Assembly: GCF_000143415.4 (NCBI RefSeq)
Contig: NW_003314265.1
Span: forward strand, 820,405-884,404
DNA: 64,000 nt
Direction: 5' to 3'
Source: Selaginella moellendorffii
Lineage: Eukaryota > Plantae > Lycopodiophyta
The position numbers and the translations under genes are program-made. Within the stretch, counting starts at the first letter, position 1, and each line of letters starts with the position of its first letter. Below the pieces are notes generated by a model. It did not search any database. It was given only the letters and a program-made list of their open reading frames with translations, and was not told where the DNA came from. This document shows positions 58,689-64,000 of the stretch, piece by piece.

Positions 58689-58862
58689 TGTGAGTGCATG
58701 GAATATGGAAAGGGAATATAGAAATGTGCATATCAATTAGCCCAAAAACCCTAGCTTATATACAGGAGCGAGTGGTCCGGATTGAAACCAATCCGACGGC
58801 TACCAAAATCCACTACGTTAATATTAGTATACGGCATCATAGCCGTACACTTGGCCCTCACA
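58689..58862 (-). repeat. 3' LTR
   Basis: Differs from the 5' LTR by 5 transitions; adjacent polypurine tract AAGAGGAGGGGATGA on the minus strand (58877-58863). Confidence 0.96.
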
Positions 58863-58894
58863 TCATCCCCTCCTCTTGGAATAATGGAAGGCCG

Positions 58895-61800
58895 TCAGGG
58901 TTCTCTTGTAGATGGGCCGGGATCTGGAGGAACGTCAGGAGGAAGCATTGGTGGATCTGTAGACGGTATTAACTGCTTCTGATCCCTTTGTATGAAGCGT
59001 TTTAACCGCTGCACATGCACAATCTCCGGAGGATCGGCCCGCTGAATGTTATGCCGAACCTCATAAACTTGTGGTCCAACTTGCCGCAACACCCGATACG
59101 GTCCTTTCCACTGCGCAAGGAGCCCCTTAGATAAACCACGTACCGTAAGATGGGGAAAACGGACTAACACCAAATCATCCACTTTGTACTCCGCAGGTGG
59201 ACGATGATGGGAATTGTAGCGCCGTTGTTGTCCCACTTGTATGCGGCCTAAGTGTTCAGCAGACTTTGCTTGGACAAGTGGAAGAATGCTTGTCAAATAT
59301 TGATCCCATGACCTAGCATCAGGAGCTCGTGGCAATCGCGAAGGTAAACCCAGCTCTGTTGGTAATATTGGATCATGACCATATAGAAGTTTATATGGTG
59401 AAGCACCAACAGAACTCTGCACCCCTGTGACATAGGCATACCGAAGAGACGGCAAATAACCATCCCAATCCGAATGTTGAAAGTTCACATACTTCGCAAT
59501 CATCCCTTTGAATGTCCGAACGAGCCGTTCCACCAGACCGTCTGATTGTGGATGATAAGCACTTGTAAAAGTGTGGCGTATCCCCAACCGAGATGTCAAA
59601 ACATGAAATACCTCAGCCATAAATGCAGGACCATTATCCGAAAGAATCCTCTCTGGACAAGAATGCTGGAACACCACTCGATTGAGGAGGAAGTATCCAA
59701 CATCAGTTGCAGAGGCACTAGCAAGAGCACCAACTTCCACCCAACGAGTCAAGTAGTCAGAAGCAATAATAACATACTCATTGCCAGCAGTCGATCGCGG
59801 AAAAGGTCCCATAAGATCAAACGCCACCAACTCAAACGGACGAGAAATTGCAATTGACTCCAATCGTCCTTCCGCAGCATAAGGGGGAGTATTACGAGCT
59901 TGGCACCAAACGCAGCTACGCACATACCGGATAATATCACGTCGCATCTCTGGCCAATAGAAAGATCTACGCAGCTTCTCGGTGACACGACGGTGTCCCA
60001 TATGCCCACCTAGAATAGGAGAATCATGGTAGGCATGGAGAAACCGCGGAATAAACACCGAAGGCACCACCAGCTGTAAATGATCAGCAGGATCCGTCCC
60101 TACAAAATAAAGAAGGCCATTTTCAAGGCGATATTGAGAATGTAAATGCCCAAAATGCAAGTCATCAGCAAGTGATGCAGGATTCTCAAACCCATCTCGA
60201 AGCCTTCGAATCCACGGCTCAATCTTTTGAGCCTCGCGAACCTCATCAAGAGAAGGTAGATCTTGCTCTACGCCCTGTGGACACTGAACGTCAAGGACAA
60301 CAACCGCTGACGGCATAGAATCCTCATCTAGAAAATCCACAGATGCTGGAACAATAGGTTCGTCAGAAACATGAGAAGTGAGTGGAGAAGGAAGAGAAGC
60401 TCGAGAAAGGGCATCAGCATTAGCCATAAAACTCCCTGGGCGATGAACAACATCGAAATCATATATCTGAAGCTTCAAAGCCCATCGAGCCGTACGACCA
60501 ACCAGGTTCTTCCGCTTCAATAATGAAGTAACAGCAGCATGGTCAGCTTCAAGTAATGTCCGAGAACCATGTAGATATGCATGAAGTTTCTTGAAACCCC
60601 AGACTGCTGCTAAACACTCCTTCTCCGTCGTGGAGTAGTTCATCTCTGCTGGTTGTAATGTACGGCTTATGTATGCAATGGGATGGTGCTGACCAGGCAC
60701 ACTCGAGCTCTCTTGCATCAACACACCTCCAAGACCAATGTCAGAAGCATCCACGCGCAAAATAAAAGGTCGAGTGTAGTCAGGATATGCCAAAATCGGA
60801 GGAGTCGTCAATAGCTCTTTGAGATTCACGAACGCTCGCTCACAATCGGGAGACCAGATGAAAGATGACGTTGATGGCTTCAGCAACGTTCGCAATGGTG
60901 TAGTGCGATCGGAAAGATGATCCACAAAACGACCAAGATACTGCACCTTACCCAAAAAGCGCTGCACATCATTCACACACTTCGGAGTAGAGAACTTTAG
61001 AACAGCCACAAGTTTGTCAGGATCAACTTGCAAACCCTCACGAAAAATACGGTACCCAAGATAAGTTGTGTCCTTGGACCCAAATACGCAATTCGACCGC
61101 TTCAGCTTTAAACCAACGTCGCGTAGCCGATCCAACACTTTACAAACATCACGAACATGCTCCTTCCACGTCCCCTCCGAGTGGATCAAGACATCATCAA
61201 TGAAGTCAGCCGTCACCTCCGGCATATCGCAAAGAACCTCGTCCATCATCCGCTGAAAAGTTGCTGGAGCATTGTTCAAACCAAACGGCATCACCAAAAA
61301 CTCGTACAAACCAAATGGTGTACGAAAAGCAGTCTTAGGAATATCTTCTTCGGCCATCGGTACTTGCCAATACCCAGAAGCAAGATCTAGCTTGGTGAAC
61401 CAACGACTTCGCCCCAGACGATCCAAGAGATTAACAGTGTGAGGAAGAGGGTACACGTCCGGGATCGTCACTTCATTTAACGGACGATAGTCGATGCAGA
61501 AACGAATACTCCCATCAGGCTTCGTCACAAGATGAGGTTCACATGCCCAAGGACTCCGCGACTTCCGAATAACACCCTTCTCCAACATCTCCTTGACGTT
61601 TGCACGTAAAATCTTGATCTCCTTGGGTGACCGACGATGAACAGGAACCTTGATTGGACGAACATCCCCGGTTGGAATGGGATGACGTGTGGCAATCTTG
61701 GCCCCAGACGATAGGTCAAATTCAAAGAGATCAGAATACTCCTTCATGAGCTGGTCAACAGCTGCAACACAAAGATCATCGGAGGGATCGGAAAAGGGAA

Positions 61801-62359
61801 GAGCAGAACAAGATGGAAACACAAGAGGAAATAGTGGGGGAACAAAAGTAATGGAAGCAGAGGTAGAAGTAGAGGGACGAAGAGGTACGGAAGTGAGAGG
61901 AATGGATGAAACATAAGGAAGTATGAGACAAGGGGGAGAAGCCTCAAAGTCACACTTGGCATGATTGTGCTGCAACCAATCCATACCAAGAATGAGGTCA
62001 AAAGCTTGACTTGGCACCACCCGCAACGACTGCAACTCAAGCTCGAGATTGCCCACACGCACAACCAGGTCTGCTTCATCTCGTGCACATGCATGTATAC
62101 GGCCGTTGCCGTAAAGAATGAAAACTGGATCCGCCGCACGACGCAAGTGTAGACGACAACGTGTGGCAACAGGTCGAGCAATAGAAGATAAACTCGAACC
62201 TGTATCAACCAACACGGAGAGAAGAATAGGAGACCACTTGTTATAAAAATGAACTTGGAAAGTAAACACTGGATGAACCGGTGCCGAGTGAACCCCTTGA
62301 TGATACTCCCGAAAGAAAGATGGAGGGGTCACTAACTTATTCGCGCAAAGTCCCTCCAT
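58895..62359 (-). CDS. pol: Pol polyprotein (protease, RT, RNase H, integrase)
   Basis: LVDTGSS, RFCIDYR, LDLASGYWQ, MPFGLNNAPATFQ, FIDD, VDAS...EKE...ADALSR, HHCC zinc finger, D-D-E core and WKGPY. Confidence 0.96.
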   Translation of the reverse strand: MEGLCANKLVTPPSFFREYHQGVHSAPVHPVFTFQVHFYNKWSPILLSVLVDTGSSLSSIARPVATRCRLHLRRAADPVFILYGNGRIHACARDEADLVVRVGNLELELQSLRVVPSQAFDLILGMDWLQHNHAKCDFEASPPCLILPYVSSIPLTSVPLRPSTSTSASITFVPPLFPLVFPSCSALPFSDPSDDLCVAAVDQLMKEYSDLFEFDLSSGAKIATRHPIPTGDVRPIKVPVHRRSPKEIKILRANVKEMLEKGVIRKSRSPWACEPHLVTKPDGSIRFCIDYRPLNEVTIPDVYPLPHTVNLLDRLGRSRWFTKLDLASGYWQVPMAEEDIPKTAFRTPFGLYEFLVMPFGLNNAPATFQRMMDEVLCDMPEVTADFIDDVLIHSEGTWKEHVRDVCKVLDRLRDVGLKLKRSNCVFGSKDTTYLGYRIFREGLQVDPDKLVAVLKFSTPKCVNDVQRFLGKVQYLGRFVDHLSDRTTPLRTLLKPSTSSFIWSPDCERAFVNLKELLTTPPILAYPDYTRPFILRVDASDIGLGGVLMQESSSVPGQHHPIAYISRTLQPAEMNYSTTEKECLAAVWGFKKLHAYLHGSRTLLEADHAAVTSLLKRKNLVGRTARWALKLQIYDFDVVHRPGSFMANADALSRASLPSPLTSHVSDEPIVPASVDFLDEDSMPSAVVVLDVQCPQGVEQDLPSLDEVREAQKIEPWIRRLRDGFENPASLADDLHFGHLHSQYRLENGLLYFVGTDPADHLQLVVPSVFIPRFLHAYHDSPILGGHMGHRRVTEKLRRSFYWPEMRRDIIRYVRSCVWCQARNTPPYAAEGRLESIAISRPFELVAFDLMGPFPRSTAGNEYVIIASDYLTRWVEVGALASASATDVGYFLLNRVVFQHSCPERILSDNGPAFMAEVFHVLTSRLGIRHTFTSAYHPQSDGLVERLVRTFKGMIAKYVNFQHSDWDGYLPSLRYAYVTGVQSSVGASPYKLLYGHDPILPTELGLPSRLPRAPDARSWDQYLTSILPLVQAKSAEHLGRIQVGQQRRYNSHHRPPAEYKVDDLVLVRFPHLTVRGLSKGLLAQWKGPYRVLRQVGPQVYEVRHNIQRADPPEIVHVQRLKRFIQRDQKQLIPSTDPPMLPPDVPPDPGPSTREP

Positions 62360-63291
62360 TACTCGCGCGACTCCTCATTTCCCGAATGCACCTCGGGATC
62401 CAAACCTTCCACCGCAGCAGCACCAACGGGACGTTGCTGACGCCAAGGTCTCCACCCAGGAAATGGAGGTTGCCAATCCGGAAAGCGCCGACAACGCCAA
62501 TAAGTATGACCAACTTCATCACACGCCCAGCAACGAACGTCACGACCACGACCACATCCTCGCCCTTGTCCTTGGACTCGAGTAGCAGCAGCATCAACCT
62601 CCATGGGAACAGGACCATCACTCATAGGAAGTGGAGCTGAAGGACGTGTAGCAAGAAGTGGATGAGGCGACATCTCATAACGTTGTGCCAAGCGAAGAGC
62701 ATCGTCAAGAGTGGCAGGAGCAAGTGCATGCACAAGTCCGACAAGATCTTGACGAAGTGCTGGCCACAGCATTCCTAGCTTGATCCGCTCCGACATATTT
62801 GGCTCCGCACGAAGCAAAAGACTTCGGAAACGAACGCCAAATTGCATCACCGACTCAGATGGCCCTTGGCGAAGACGATGCAATTGTTGGAAGGCATCAT
62901 CACAATCGTCGGCGTGTCCAAAAGCGCGTTTGAAGACGTCCGGAAGAACACTCCAATCGCCACGAGTAGTTGCGCTCAATCCATTGTACCACTGCAATGC
63001 CGTCCCTTGGAGACATGTGGGGAACTCACGCAAACGTCGAGCATCATCCCAAGAATGATATGTGGCAATCACCGTGAAGTGATCGAACCAATGGTATACA
63101 TCATCCCCAAGATTCCCATGAAAGAACTCCGGCCGAACACGAGGATTGGCACCAAAAGTAGGAGGAGTTGTACCATGTGCCGTGAACGCCGCCATCAACT
63201 GAATTTGATTGTTCAATTGCAACCGCATAGCATCAAGCAATTGAACCAACTGCTGCTCTAGAGTCAAAGGAGGAGATTGCGGATCAGCCAT
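62359..63291 (-). CDS. gag: Gag
   Basis: Retrotransposon capsid motifs (LQGTALQWY, LRQGPSESV), PVPMEVD and zinc knuckle CWACDEVGHTYWRC. Confidence 0.94.
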   Translation of the reverse strand: MADPQSPPLTLEQQLVQLLDAMRLQLNNQIQLMAAFTAHGTTPPTFGANPRVRPEFFHGNLGDDVYHWFDHFTVIATYHSWDDARRLREFPTCLQGTALQWYNGLSATTRGDWSVLPDVFKRAFGHADDCDDAFQQLHRLRQGPSESVMQFGVRFRSLLLRAEPNMSERIKLGMLWPALRQDLVGLVHALAPATLDDALRLAQRYEMSPHPLLATRPSAPLPMSDGPVPMEVDAAATRVQGQGRGCGRGRDVRCWACDEVGHTYWRCRRFPDWQPPFPGWRPWRQQRPVGAAAVEGLDPEVHSGNEESRE

Positions 63292-63505
63292 GAAGATGAA
63301 TGAAAAAGAAAGAGCAAAAGAAGAGAAATGATAAAAAGCTGGAAAGAAATGGTAGATCTAGATAATGCAAAAAGCTAGATCTAAACCAAAATCCTGAAAG
63401 GAAAGAACAAAAGAAAGGAAATGGAAAAAGCTAGATTTAGACAATGCAAAAGTTAGATCTAAACTGAAATCCCAAATCCAAGCACTCCCCAGGGACAATC
63501 AAAGG

Positions 63506-63523
63506 TGCCCCTCACCTCCACCA
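63506..63523 (-). other. Primer-binding site, tRNA-Ala-like
   Basis: TGGTGGAGGTGAGGGGCA begins 1 nt after the 5' LTR; TGGTGGAG is complementary to the ...CUCCACCA end typical of tRNA-Ala. Confidence 0.7.
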
Positions 63524-63524
63524 A

Positions 63525-63698
63525 TGTGAGTGCATGGAATATGGAAAGGGAATACAGAAATGTGCATATCAATTAGCCCAAAAACCCTAGCTTATATACA
63601 GAAGCGAGTGGTCCGGATTGAAACCAATCCGACAGCTACCAAAATCCACTACGCTAATATTAGTATACGGCATCGTAGCCGTACACTTGGCCCTCACA
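63525..63698 (-). repeat. 5' LTR
   Basis: 174-bp direct repeat of 58689-58862. Confidence 0.96.
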
Positions 63699-64000
63699 TA
63701 ATGAATTTAGAAATATAAAATATAAGCATACAATTACAATGTTATATACTATTATTAATGTAGTGGGATTTTGATAGCCATCAGATTAATTTCAATACAG
63801 ACCATTCATTTTTATTTTTTTATCTTCATAAAATTGAAATATACTCCTCCTTTATAATAACCTATTTTTTTTCTAACTCTAGAGTAGCAATTAGTGTAAT
63901 TACTTAATGCTATATACCTATAGTTGACCAATCATAATAACAACATTCATGGTGTGTAGTATAGCTCTTCATGCTCTTACTAAAAATCCTCATGTTTTGC

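Larger units (their letters stand above)
58689..63698 (-). mobile_element. Full-length Ty3/gypsy LTR retrotransposon (no chromodomain), 5010 bp
   Basis: 174-bp LTRs (TGTGAG...CTCACA), TAAT target duplication (58685-58688 and 63699-63702), PBS, PPT, gag, and pol in PR-RT-RH-IN order. Confidence 0.97.

Noticed and set aside
58694-58972. Duplicated small ORF (also at 63530-63718)
   Set aside because: It is the LTR sequence itself.

Overview
Gene-dense eukaryotic land-plant nuclear DNA with very short (mostly about 45-110 nt) spliceosomal introns and tiny intergenic spacers. The compactness and the S-motif-rich PPR genes suggest the lycophyte Selaginella (inference, not verified). 1-22 kb is a conserved block: THOC5, ADC synthase, CFM2-like CRM protein, LRX, THOC7, PPR, two pectin acetylesterases and a purple acid phosphatase. 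About 22-39 kb is an accessory-looking island: a hevein-like/GH17 glucanase fusion, a MED25 pseudogene, an intronless AAA-type NTPase fused to a PD-(D/E)xK-like nuclease, a 7TM protein with an RGS1-like membrane part that ends in a coiled coil, AT-rich decayed DNA, and an orphan secreted small protein. About 38-46 kb is a tandem segmental duplication with reciprocal gene loss (trihelix, CREG, DTD1, LecRK). It is followed by RPL10A, a second PPR, a RAD5-like SNF2-RING gene, a small HSP, a RING-less XBAT35-like gene and a full-length non-chromovirus Ty3/gypsy element. That element has a slippery-heptamer/pseudoknot -1 frameshift cassette that looks disabled by one C>T change. All exon boundaries were read by eye and no database searches were run.
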